NCBI RefSeq assembly: GCF_004010195.1
Contig: NC_057750.1
Location: 9,434,062 to 9,497,917 of the forward strand
Length of the DNA stretch: 63,856 bases
Direction of reading: 5' to 3'
DNA from: Chiloscyllium plagiosum
Taxonomy: Eukaryota
Positions 38,746 through 50,526 of the stretch are shown in pieces (position 1 is the first letter of the stretch; each line of letters starts with the position of its first letter). The translations under genes and the position numbers were made by a program. Under the pieces are notes generated by a model, which saw only the letters and a list, made by a program, of their open reading frames with translations, was not told where the DNA came from and ran no database searches.

Positions 38746-39667
38746 ATGCACATGAGTCTATAATCTGGTTCAGTAATGTCCTTGAGGAAAGGAAACTGCC
38801 ATCCTTACCTGGTCTGGCCTACATGTAACTCCAGACCCACAGTGATGTGTTGGCTCTCAATGCCCTCTGGGCAATTCGGGGTGGGCGATAAATGCTGCCT
38901 AGCTAGAGATGCCCTCATCTTGTGAATGAATAAAAAAGATTGAAGCTTCTGTGTTCAAAATCAAGTCTTATTAAAAGACCCTGTTACTTATGGTTAATCT
39001 GGAGCAAATCTACTAAACGTTAGGTTTTGTGATTGTTTCTGCATTTACACCATTGACCAAATGTGTTTTGACTTGTGATGATGGTGCCGAAGAGTTGTTT
39101 TTACCATCAGATTCAGTGCCTAGCCCTATGCATGTACTACCCTGGACAGCCATTGCAATGTTTTTCAGCTTAGTGACAAGTAATGACCATAACGTACTGT
39201 ACTAATGGTATGTGTTCAACTTTTCAAGAGTCCCTGGTTTGTAGAGTAAACATTAATATTGTCTTTCTTTCTTTTAATCATTAAAAATCACCAATATTCA
39301 ATTTTTACCAGATAACACAAGTTCAATGGCATATATTATGGATGGGTTGCATTATATAACCAAATATCCTGGGGTAGCTGAGATTAAAACTGTCTGTGAT
39401 TTTTCCCAAAGTTGGACACCTCGGAAGCATTTCCAGATACTTTACCAGTCTGGCCAACGTCTTAATGCACTTTCTTTGACCTAACGAGTCCTGGGGTCTG
39501 AATCCAATAACCCAAAACTTCTGGCTTAAAGGTTATGTCGCTACCCACTGCGCCACAAGACCAGAGGTTAGACAAATTAGTCTATTTCTTTTGGTCCCAA
39601 ACAAGGCACCTAACCTCAAAATTAAAGGCAGGTTATTCGGAGTGAGAAGGTAAAAACTTGCTCAGAT

Positions 39668-40476
39668 GGGCCAATGGGCTGAGGAGTGGCAGATGGAATT
39701 TAATTTAGATAAATGTGAGGTGCTGCGTTTTGGAAAGGCAAATCAGGGCAGGATTTATACACTTAATGGTAAGGTCCTGGGAATGTTCCTGAACAAAGAG
39801 ACCTTGGAGTGCAGGTTCATAGCTCCTTGAAAGTGGAGTTGCAGGTGGATAGGATAGTGAAGAAGGTGTTTGGTATGCTTTCCTTTATTGGTCAGAGTAT
39901 AGGAGTTGAGAGGTCATGTGGCGGCTGTACATGACATTGGTTAGGCCACCTTTAGACCATTGTGTTCAATTCTAGTCTCCTTGCTATAAGAAGGATGTTG
40001 TGAAACTTGAAAGGGTTCAGAAAAGATTTACAAGGATGTTGCCATGTTTGGACGGTTTGAGTACAGGGAGAGTCTAAATAGGCTGGGGCTGTTTTCCCTG
40101 GAGGCTGAGGGGTGACCTTATAGAGGTTTATAAAATCATGAGATGCATTGATAGGGTGACTAGATAAGGTCTTTTCTCCAGGGAAGGGGAGTCCAGAATG
40201 AGAGGGCATAGGTTTAGGGTGAGGGGGGAAAGATTTAAAAGGGACCTAAGAAGCAACTTTCTTACACAGAGGGTGGTGTGTGTATGGAATGAGCTGCCAG
40301 AGGAATGGTGGAGGTTGGTACAATTACAACATTTAAAAGGCATCTGGATGGGTATATAAATAGGAAGGGTTTAGAGGGATATGGGCCAAATGCTGGTAAA
40401 TGAGGTGAGATTAATTTAGGATATCTGGTCAGCATGGACGAGTTGGACCGAAGGGTCTGTTTCTGTGCTGTATGAC
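39668..40476 (+). mobile_element. CR1/HER1 LINE 3' part
   Basis: WAEEWQMEFNLDKCEV...FLTQRVV motifs and 3'UTR. Confidence 0.92.
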
Positions 40477-40875
40477 ATACATGCAACCACAGTAAATCCT
40501 CTAAATCCACAAGATTACAAATTGCAAATTCACCTATCCGTGCCAAAAAATAAGTAACAACAAAAGTCAATATCCCTGGGCAAAGCCCACATATCTATGA
40601 TATTTTTAAACTAAATCTATCTTGCGAATTTTATGATTTGCGGGGGTTGTCAGGAACTGAACTCTCATGGTTTCAGAGGAATGACTGTATCTTCCTCGGC
40701 TTTTAATGGCTTCAAAGATTTTGTTTCCATCATCGTTTGGGAAAGAACTCCAAAGACTCCATGAAGAAACATTTCACCTTATCTCTGTCTTTAATGGACA
40801 ACCCTTATTTTCAAGCCATGATCTGTACTTATCCATTCTCACATAACTGCAACATATCGTCTCTACAATGACCTT

Positions 40876-41088
40876 CTAGGAGAAAGTGAGGACTGCAGAT
40901 GCTGGAGATCAGAGCTGAAAATTTGTTGCTGGAAAAGCGCAGCCGGTCAGGCAGCATCCAAGGAGCAGGAGAATCGACGTTTCGGGCATGAGCCGATTCC
41001 TGAAGAAGGACTCATGCCCGAAATGTCGATTCTCCTGCTCCTTGGATGCTGCCTGACCTGCTGCGCTTTTCCAGCAACACATTTTCAG
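40876..41088. mobile_element. palindromic mini Penelope-like element
   Basis: Perfect 15-bp TSD ctctacaatgacctt (40861-40875, 41089-41103); inversion at the hammerhead. Confidence 0.88.
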
Positions 41089-41159
41089 CTCTACAATGAC
41101 CTTGCCAAGAACGTAAAAACGCTCAGGATTTTTTTTAAATGTTCCAATTAACAGTCAGG

Positions 41160-42085
41160 AAATAGTGAGCTGCCATCTTGAACGGTTACATTTTGTGTGG
41201 GGGAGGGACACCCACAGTGCCGTTCAGTAGTGAGTTCCAGGACTTTCCAGTGACAATGAAGAAACGGCATTATATTTCCAAGTCAGGATGGTGAGTGACT
41301 TGGAGGGGAAGTTGCAGAGGACGGTGTTCCCATGTATCTACTGCCCCTGTCCTTCCGGATGGAAGTGGTCGTGGGTTTGGAAGGTGCTGCCTGAGGATCT
41401 TTGGTGAATTTATGCAGTGTGTCTTGTAGTTGGTACACCCTGCTGCTACTGAGCGTCGGTGGTGGAGGGAGGGGATGTTCATGGATGTGGGGCCAATCAA
41501 GCGGGGGCTGCTTTGTCCTGGATGGTGTCGAGCTTCTTGAGTGTTGTTGGAGCTGCCCCCATCCAGGGCAAGTGGGGAGTGTTCCCTCACCCTCCTGACT
41601 TGTGCCTTGTAGATGGTGGACAGGCTTTGGGGAGTCAGGAGGTGAGTCACTCACTGCAGGATTCCCAGCTTCTGACCTGCTCTTGTAGCCATTGTATTTA
41701 TATCACGTGTCCAATTCAGTTTCTGGTGCATGGTAAGCCCCAAGGATGGGAGGTTCACCAAAGATAATGTGATTGTATTCCAAAGGGAGAAGGTTAGATT
41801 CTCTCCTTTTGGAGATGGTCATTGCCTGGATATGTATGGTGTGAATGTTAGCCCTAAACTGGATATTGCCCAGATCTTGGTGCATTTGAACTTGGACTGC
41901 TTCAGTATCTGAGGAACTGCAAATGGTGCTGAACATTGTGCAATTATCGGCCAACATCCCCACGTCTGACCTTGCGGTGGAGGGAAGGTCATTGATGAAA
42001 CAGCTGGAGATGGTTGGGCCTGGGACACTGCCCTGAGGAACGCTGAGATGACTGGCCTCCAATAACAACAGCCATCTTCCTTCGT
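41160..42085 (-). mobile_element. CR1-like LINE ORF2 (RT) fragment, second family
   Basis: SVPQGSVPGPTISSCFINDLP...LADNCT RT motifs. Confidence 0.85.
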
Positions 42086-42657
42086 ACCTTGATGGGTCAG
42101 TGAGGGGAAGACTGGAATGGGAATTGAGCCTTCTTTTGAACATCTCCAGGTTTGATGCAAGGCCTGAGCTAAGGGTTTAGCAGAGTCCAGGTGGAAGATT
42201 GGCCATGTGTGGTTAACCTTGATGACCTCTAGCTCGAGAAGTACAGTCAAAATCATCGAAGCTCAAAGAATTTGCCAACACTTATTTCAATTTGATGGGT
42301 TGCTCTGGTTATTGAGGGAGATGGAGTGCGGGTTGTGAGCAGGGTAGGGTGAGGGGTGGAGGGGGGAGTTGATACGTGTAACGGGGTCGCAGGAGATAAC
42401 ATGATGCTTCGTTAGGAATCGGGAAAAGGCGGATGAAAGTTTCCCGACGTCTCTGCTGTCAGGTCACCCCCCAGGAAGGAGCCGGTCTATGTTGAGTCAG
42501 ACTCTGAATAAAGCTTTACGTTGCCATAGCACCGCTTTGGGCAAGGAATCGTGAGAATTATTTCAGAGAAAAACATCTTTTATTTTCACCAGGAGATCAG
42601 TTCAATGCAACAAGAAGCTCCCATCTCCCCAGAACTCCCCAAGCTCCTACCCACGAA

Positions 42658-43156
42658 GTGAGTGTGCAGGGTGTGAGTGCGCACAGGGTAAGTGTGAAGG
42701 GGGTAGTGTGCAGAATGTGAGTGTGCACAGGTGAATATGCAAGTGTGCAAGGGATGAGTGTGCAGGGGGTGAGTGCGCAGGGGTGTGTGTGCAAGGAGGT
42801 GAGTGTGCAGTGGGTGAGAATGCAGGGTGTGAGCGTGGACAGGGTGAATGTGCAGGGAATAAGTGTGCAGGTTGTGAGTGTGCACAGGTGAATGTGCAAG
42901 TATGAGTGTGCAAGGGATGGGTGTGCAGGGGATGAGTGTGCAATGAGTGAGTGTGCAAAGGTGAGTGCGCAATGAGTGAATGTGCAAGGGGTGAGTGTGC
43001 AGAAGATGAGTGTGCAAGCAAGTGAGTGTGCAGGGGTGAGTGTGCAATATGTGTGAGTGTGCAATGGGTGTGAGTATACAGGAGGTGAGTGTGCAGGCGA
43101 TGAGTATGCAATGGGTCTGAGTGTGCAGGGGATGAGTGTGCAAGGGTGTGAGTGTA
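42658..43156. repeat. degenerate (gagtgtgcaggggt)n minisatellite
   Basis: Directly visible. Confidence 0.9.
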
Positions 43157-43214
43157 AGCAGACTGGGGGTAACAAACTCCCTGATATTTTGAGGAATCTT
43201 AGCTGTGATGTAGC

Positions 43215-43555
43215 GGCAGTGTCCCAGGGACATACATCTAGCCTTGGGGGTTTGGATTCCAAACCCCACACAGCAGCTGGTGAATTTCAATCCAGCGAAT
43301 CAATCTGGCACTGACTGCCTCAGTGATGGTGCCAACCTTCATCGACTGTTCTTAAAAGAAGCCCATCTGGTTCACTTTAGGGAGGGAAATCTGCCATCTT
43401 TGGCCAACACGTGACTCCCAGACCCAGAGCGATGTGGTTGACCCTTCACTGCCATCTGAGATGGCACTAGCCAAGTCATTCAGTTCGAGGGGCAATTAGG
43501 GATGGGCCACAAATGCCAGTCTTACCCAGTGACACCCATACCTCAGGAAAGAATA
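43215..43555 (+). mobile_element. tRNA-derived SINE with LF-SINE-like tail
   Basis: Same family as 14800-15135. Confidence 0.6.
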
Positions 43556-43609
43556 AACGTTGCGTATTTGCCTCAAATCCTTTCAAGAAGGCATTCAGCC
43601 TTCTCAGGC

Positions 43610-44226
43610 CTTTGAGTGTAGGAGTTGGGGCATCATGTTGAGGTGGCACAGGACATTGGTGAGACCCCTTTTGCAATACCGTGCCCAGTGCTGGTCGCCC
43701 TGTTGTAGGAAGGATATTATTAAACTGGTGAGGGTTCAGAAGAGATTTACCAGGATATTGCCGGGAATGGAGGGTTTGAGTTATAAAAACAGACTGGATA
43801 GGCTGGGACCTCTTTCACTGGAGTGTAGGAGGTTGAGGGGTGACCTTATAGAGGTTTATAAAATCATGAAGGGGCGTAGATAAGGTGAATGACAAGTGAC
43901 TTTTCCCTCAGGTGGTGGTGGTGGGGGGGGTGGGCGTGTGTTCAAGATGAGGGGGCACATTTTTTAGGTGAGAGGAGAGAGATTTAGAAAGGACATGTTT
44001 TACACAGAGAGTGGTTCGGGTGTGGAATGAACTTCCAGAGGAAGTGGTGGATGTGGGTGCAGTTACAATGTTTAAAAGACATTTGGGTAAGTTCATGAGT
44101 AAGAAACGTTTAACAGGATATGAGCCAAGCGCAGGCAAGTGGGACTAGTTTAGTTTGGGATTATGGTCGGCATGGACTGGTTAGGCCGAAGGGTCTGTTT
44201 CCATGTTGTATGACCCTATGACTCTA
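43610..44226 (+). mobile_element. CR1 LINE 3' part
   Basis: RTLVRPLLQY..RKDIIKL.RVQKRFTR. Confidence 0.9.
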
Positions 44227-44799
44227 AGAGCTGTCTTGTTCATGTTGGCCCAACTTGTGGAAGTCTGAGCCTGGAAACTGGTCTTGGTCTGTAAGGGAAC
44301 CAGCCAAACGATAGTAGCATGACGTGATGGGCCAAAGGGCCTTTACTATACTCTCTGGTGCTGCATTTCCCTGCCTGGGCTGTCGCGATGGAGCGTGAGG
44401 AGGGTATTGTTTTCAGAGGGGAAAGCACAATGCAATCCACAAATCAAACAAAGAAGGAAATGGGGAACTGAAACGGAAAGTTGCTGTAGAAACTCAGCAG
44501 GTCTGGCAGCCTCCATGGAGAGAGAAACAGAGTTCATGTTTCAGGGTCCAGCCAGCCTCCTTCAGAGCGAATTTGTAGACGAACTGGACCTTGCCAATTG
44601 ACAGCTCAGGCCTCCATGGAGCTGGTCTGACCGATGTGCAGGGATCGAGAACACAGCAATGACAGACTCAGGGGCAAGGGCCTGATCATTTAGGCCTGAG
44701 CTGAGGAGAGCGTTTCTTCAATCACAGGATTGTGAGTCTTTGGGTGGTCCATCACTGAACGTGTTTGAGTTTGGAATATTTCCTGGTGTCTCCGGGATT

Positions 44800-45260
44800 G
44801 GGTGGGAGGCCATGGACTGTTGGTGACCAGCCAAATTCCCCATGGTTAAAGGCTGGGTTTCCCTCAGCTCCCCTTCCAACTAAGTCTGGCCAACTCCTCC
44901 CTCATGTCTTTGTCGTTTCCTTTGCTCGATTGTAACACCGTCACATCTGATTCCAGCTTCTCCCTCTGAAACTGCAGGGTGAATTCCCTCATGTTATGGT
45001 CACTGCCCCTGGGGGTTTCTTCACCTTCAGCTCCCTGGTCAAGTCTGCCTCATTACACATCACCGGATCCAGAATTGTGGCTCTACCACAAAAATAACTA
45101 TGTTGTAGACATTCCACAAATTCCTTTTCTTGGGATCGGCTACCAATTGGATTTTCCCAATCCACCTGCACATTGAGGTCTGCCCTGATTATTTTAATAG
45201 TGCCTATCTTACATTCCGCATCTGCTTCCTGATTTATATTCTATCCCACATACTGCTGGG
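44800..45260 (-). mobile_element. CR1 LINE endonuclease-region remnant
   Basis: QVDWENPIGSRSQEKEFVECL..ILD.VMCNE resembles the CR1 APE domain. Confidence 0.65.
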
Positions 45261-45287
45261 AAAACAATACGGAACATAATTCCCAAT

Positions 45288-46012
45288 GTTAATGGTAAGG
45301 TCCTAGGGAGTGTTGCTGAACAAGGAGACCTTGGAGTGCAGGTTCATAGCTCCTTGAAAGTGGAGTCGCAGGTAGATAGGATAGTGAAGAAGGCATTTGG
45401 TATGCTTTCCTTTATTGGTCAGAGTATTGAGTACAGGAGTTGGGAGGTCATGTTGCGGCTGTACAGGACATTGGTTAGGCCACTGTTGGAATATTGCATG
45501 CAATTCTGGTCTCCTTCCTATCGGAAGGACGTTGTGAAACTTGAAAGGGTTCAGAAAAGATTTACAAGGATGGTGCCAGGGTTGGAGGATTTGAGCTATA
45601 GGGAGAGGCTGAACAGGCTGGGGCTGTTTTCCCTGGAGCGTCGGAGGCTGAGGGGTGACCTTATAGAGGTTTATCAAATCATGCGGGGCATGGATAGGGT
45701 AAATAGACAAAGTCTTTTCCCTGGGGTCGGGGAGTCCAGAATTAGAGGGGCATAGGTTTAGGGTGAGAGGGGAAAGATATAAAAGAGACCTAAGGGGGCA
45801 ACCTTTTCATGCAGAGGGTGGTACATGTATGGAGGCTGGTACAATGACAACATTTAAAAGGCATCTGGATGGGTATATGAATAGGAAGGGTTTGGAGGGA
45901 TATGGGCCGGGGGCTGGCAGGTGGGACTAGATTAGGTTGGGATATCTGGTTGGCGTGGACGGGTTTGACGGACGGGTCTGTTTCCATGCTGTACATCTCT
46001 GTGACCCAATGA
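45288..46012 (+). mobile_element. young CR1/HER1 LINE 3' part
   Basis: Nearly intact ORF 45336-45755 plus 3'UTR. Confidence 0.93.
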
Positions 46013-46102
46013 ATCTGTGTTATGCACAAGGGTGTGTATTGTATATGTGCTTGCTCTGTTCAGGGATGTGTCTTATATATATAGAGTATGGGCACACATG
46101 TG

Positions 46103-46380
46103 GGCACGGTGGCTCAGTGGTTAGCACTGCTGCCTCACAGCGCCAGGGAGTTTGATTCTATCCTCCATGTGGAGTTGGCACATTCTCCCTGTCTCTGCAT
46201 GGATTCCCTCTGGGTGCTCCAGTTTGCCTCCCACAATCCAAATCTTTGCAGGATAGATGGATTGGCCATTCTAAATTGCCCAATTGTGCCCAGGGATGTG
46301 CAGGCTAGGTGGATTAGCCGTGGGAAATGCAGGGGTTGCTGGGTCTGGATGGCATGCTGTTCCAAGGGTTAGTGTGGATT
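46103..46380 (+). mobile_element. HE1-type V-SINE
   Basis: Head and V-domain. Confidence 0.85.
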
Positions 46381-47272
46381 GTATTTACAGGATTGTGTGT
46401 AATACACTGAGGATCTGTGTTGTGCAGGAAAGGGTGCGTGTCGTTCAGTGCGAAGGTATATGTTTTCCAGAGCGAAGCTGTTTTTTAAGTGCAGAGTGAC
46501 TGTGTGTTATTTAGCGAGGAAGTATTTTATGCTCTGGGAGTGTGCATGTTATTAAGTGAGGAGTGAGTAAATCTATGGTGCTAACTGTGTGGTCCAGACT
46601 GACACAGTGGCGTTTGATGCAGTGAGTCTTGTGCGCTCACATATCCCAGATAATACGGCCCTGGCGTCGCCATGGAAACGCAAGGATCTGGAAAACGAAT
46701 CCAGATGCTCCTTAAATATCATGTTCGCTTCCACTTAAACCACACAGCATCGGGTGAGCTGCCCACTGATCTTCGACCTTGGCCTCAACTCTGACCCCCC
46801 GAGAGGAATGTGTGTTTGGGGCCTTGGTAGTTCAGACAGCAAGAATGAAAGAATTACTGAGCATTCCCCTTTGGCAACTGATCAAGAATTAAGTCAGGAT
46901 ATTAAAATAACCAACGCTCATCACTCTAACAATTTTATTAGTCAATATAAATGTTGGAGGTTGGGAAGTCATGCAGTTCTAGCATCATATGGCATGGAAA
47001 CAGGCTTTTCGGCCTAGCTCATCCTTGCCAACCAGGTTTTCTGAACTGAACTCGTCCCATTTGCCTGCATTTGGCCCATATCTTTCCTATTCACGTGCCT
47101 GTCCAAATGCCTTTTAAATGTTCTAATTAAACCAGCCTCCACCACTTCCTGTGGCAGCTCGTTCCATGTACATACCACCCTCTGCATTATCCAGGACCGG
47201 GCATGAGTGATTTCCTCTCGCCCTCAGGGCTCTGTCCATGCAATGGGGTTTGCGGAGAATATGTCAGGAAAG

Positions 47273-47750
47273 AGTCATCGTGTCATAAAGCACAGAAACA
47301 GGACCTTCAGCCCAACTCATTCCTGCTGACCAGGCTTTCTAAACTGAACTAGTCCCATTTGCCTGCGTTTGGCCCATATTCCTTTCCTACTTATGCACCC
47401 ATCCACATGTCTTCTAAATGTCACTTCCTCTGACAGCTCATTCCATACACGTACCACCCTCTGGGTGAAAAGGTTGCCCCTTAGGTCCCTTTTATACCTT
47501 TCCCCTCTCACCTTAAACCTATGCCCTCTAGTTCTGAACTCCCCCACCCCAGGATAAAGACCTTGTCTATTTACCCTATCCATGCCCCTCATGATTTTAT
47601 AAATCTCTATAAGGTAACCCCTCAGCCTCTGACACTCCAGGGGACAAAAAAGTCCCAACCTATTCAGCTCCTCCTTATAACACAACCATTCCAGTCTCGG
47701 TAACATCCTGATAAACCTTTCTTTATTCTCCTTTCCAGTTTAATAATGTT
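47273..47750 (-). mobile_element. CR1 LINE 3' part
   Basis: ORF 47317-47706. Confidence 0.88.
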
Positions 47751-48104
47751 AAACAGAAGAGTATGTTGAACTGAAACTGGGTGGCGGTGAAGAGTTTGTC
47801 AATGGAGATCAAATGCCCTAAGCAGCGGGAGAGTTGTGATGACTGGCTTGTCGATGTATTATGGCAGGAACGTGGTTGGGGTTTGGAGAGTGGTTGTCAA
47901 AGGCAGGCTGCGATGCAGAAGGTAGTGCCCCTGCCTCTGAGCTCCGGGAACAAATCCTTCTCCAGCCCAAAGAGTGGGAATGTCACCAGACTAGCAATGT
48001 AGAGCACCAGGTTGACATTCCATGGAATATGAGCTCAAATCCCACCACAGCAGTATTGATTTCAATGAAGTCTGGATTATAAATGGCGACCTACCAGTCA
48101 TCAG

Positions 48105-48965
48105 CTGGTGTTCCATGGAAACAGTATAGAGATGACTTTACTCTGTATCTAATCCCCTGATCTACCTGTCCTGAGAATGTTTGATGGGAATAATGTAGAG
48201 AGAGTTTTACTCTGTATCTAACCTTGTGCTGACCCTGTCCTGGGAGTGTTTGATGGGACCGTGTAGAGGGAGCTTTACTCTGTATCTAACCCCGTGCTGT
48301 CCCTGTCCTGGGAGTGTTTGATGGGGACAGTGTAGAGGGAGCATCACTCTATATCTAACCCCGTGCTGTCCCTGTCCAGGGAGTGTTTGATGGTGATAGT
48401 GTAGATGGAGCTTTACTTTGTATCTAACCCCATGCTGTCCCTGTCCTGGGAGTGTTTGATGTGAGGCAGTGTAGAGGGAGCTTTACTCTGTATCTAACCC
48501 CATGCTGTCCCTGTCCTGGGGGTGTTTGATGTGGGGCAGTGTAGAGGGAGCTTTACTCTGTATCTAACCCCCATGCTGTCCCTGTCCTGGGAGTGTTTGA
48601 TGGGGAGAGTGTAGAGGGAGCTTTACTCTGTATCTAACCCTGTGCTGTCCCTGTCCTGGAAGCGTTTGATGAGAGGCAGTGTAGAGGGAGCTTTACTCTG
48701 TATCTAACCCCCATGCTGTCCCTGTCTTGGGAGTGTTTGATGGGGACAGTGTAGAGGGAGCTTTACTCTGTATCTAACCCCATGCTGTTCCTGTCCTGGG
48801 AGCGTTTGATGGGGGACAGTGTAGAGGGAGCTTTACTCTGTATCTAACCCCATGCTGTTCCTGTCCTGGGAGTGTTTGATGAGAGGCAGTGTAGAGGGAG
48901 CTTTCCTCTGTATCTAACCCCGTGTTGTCCCTGTCCTGGGAGTGTTTGATGGGGACAGAGCTTTA
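48105..48965. repeat. about 70-bp dispersed minisatellite array (about 12 units)
   Basis: Same unit as 26117 and 28195. Confidence 0.97.
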
Positions 48966-49395
48966 TCCTGTTTGATGTAAAGTTTTGTCGGAATATCAAA
49001 AGAGGAGGAGATCATTTTGGCACCCAAGTTTGCTTCAGTATTTAATGAGACTGTGACCTATGTTTACAGACACGCACCCACCCGATATCACCAAACACCA
49101 CTGGCGAAAGAAACTCTCTGGTTAAGTTTAATAAATGATCTAACATCGGTCATGTCCTGCTGAGGAGCCTTTGCATATAGTTCCTAATTCTACTCTTGAG
49201 ACGTTTGACTAAACGATTGTATTTAGACAAGACCCGTGGTCCAGACAGTCAATATCTACCCCACAACCACTTTCCAGAACAACTTAAAATGTTCAATTCA
49301 ATCACCCTGTAGCTTTTGAAACCTCAGCAAATAAAACTCTAGTCTGTGTCATCTCTCCATGCAGCTTAACCTTTGAAGTTGTCTATCTACACTCT

Positions 49396-49812
49396 AGTCA
49401 TACAGCACGGAAACAGACCCTTCGACCCAACCAGTCTGTGCTGACCCATAATCCCAAACTACACTAGTCCCACCTGCCTGCTCCTGGCCCATATCCCTCT
49501 AAACGTTTCCTTTTCATGAACTTATCCAAATGTCTTTTAACTGTTGTAACTGTACCACATTCACCACTTCGTCAGACAGTTCATTCCACACATGAACCAC
49601 ACTGTGTATAATTTAGGTGCCCCTCGTCTCTTTTTAAAATCCTACTCCTCTCAAATTAAAACTGTGCCTGCTAGTCTTGAAATCCCCCATTCTAGGGAAA
49701 AGACAACTACCATTCACCCTATCTATGCCCCTTGTGATTTTATAAACCTCTACCCCTCAACCTCCTATGTTCCAGTGAAAGACGTCCCAACCTATCCAGC
49801 CTCTCCTTATAA
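49396..49812 (-). mobile_element. CR1 LINE 3' end
   Basis: Reverse complement of the 3'UTR and ORF end. Confidence 0.8.
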
Positions 49813-50526
49813 TTTATGTACTCCACCTGAGACCAGTATATCAAAGGTGTCGAGTCCAGAGAGGCTCGGAATGTGGCCAAATGCTTTAAACAGCTGGAAA
49901 ATGGCTTCTGCCTCCTTGCTTTCTCTTTACAAACAAACCCATTGCCTCGAAGATTTCAGGTCAGCATCAAAGCTGTGTCAGCCACTGACCTGAAGCCCCT
50001 GAACTGACACAACCTTGAACCGTGTGTATGTACTGGCCATGTTGGAGAAAAGATAACTCAGTAAATCCAGATTCCTCGATGTTCCTCAGCTTCCCAATGT
50101 CCCCAGGGATTGTGTCATTTGGAATTAAGTCTGAGAAGCCACATGTGACATCAAGGCCCATTTGCCTTGAGGTCTTTTTGGCTTGAGCCCAGCCTAATAT
50201 CCTGCAGCAAAGGCGGCAGCAGATGGTATCCCTCATAATGAATTATTTAAATATTGTGTTCTGTACAGAAAGCACAGATGGCTGAAAGTGTGTTATATAC
50301 AGTGAGGGGACACTCAGTCCCTGTTACACACACACACACACACAGTCAGTATTTGGATACTCAGTCCCTGTTTTACACACACACACACACTCACAAAACA
50401 CACTCACACAAACTCTCTCTCTATCTCACATATGTACACCCAGACAGTCAGTACTCCGATACTCAGTCCCTGTTACGCACATATACAGTCAGTGCTGGGA
50501 CACAGTCTCTATTACACACACTGTTA

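Noticed and set aside
39111..39484. Plus-strand exon-like segments near 39111-39207 and 39312-39484 (also 42150 and 54518)
   Set aside because: Stops in all frames or no partner splice site, and no recognisable product.
48110..48122. X-box-like gttccatggaaac
   Set aside because: Lies in a diverged first unit of the 70-bp satellite.
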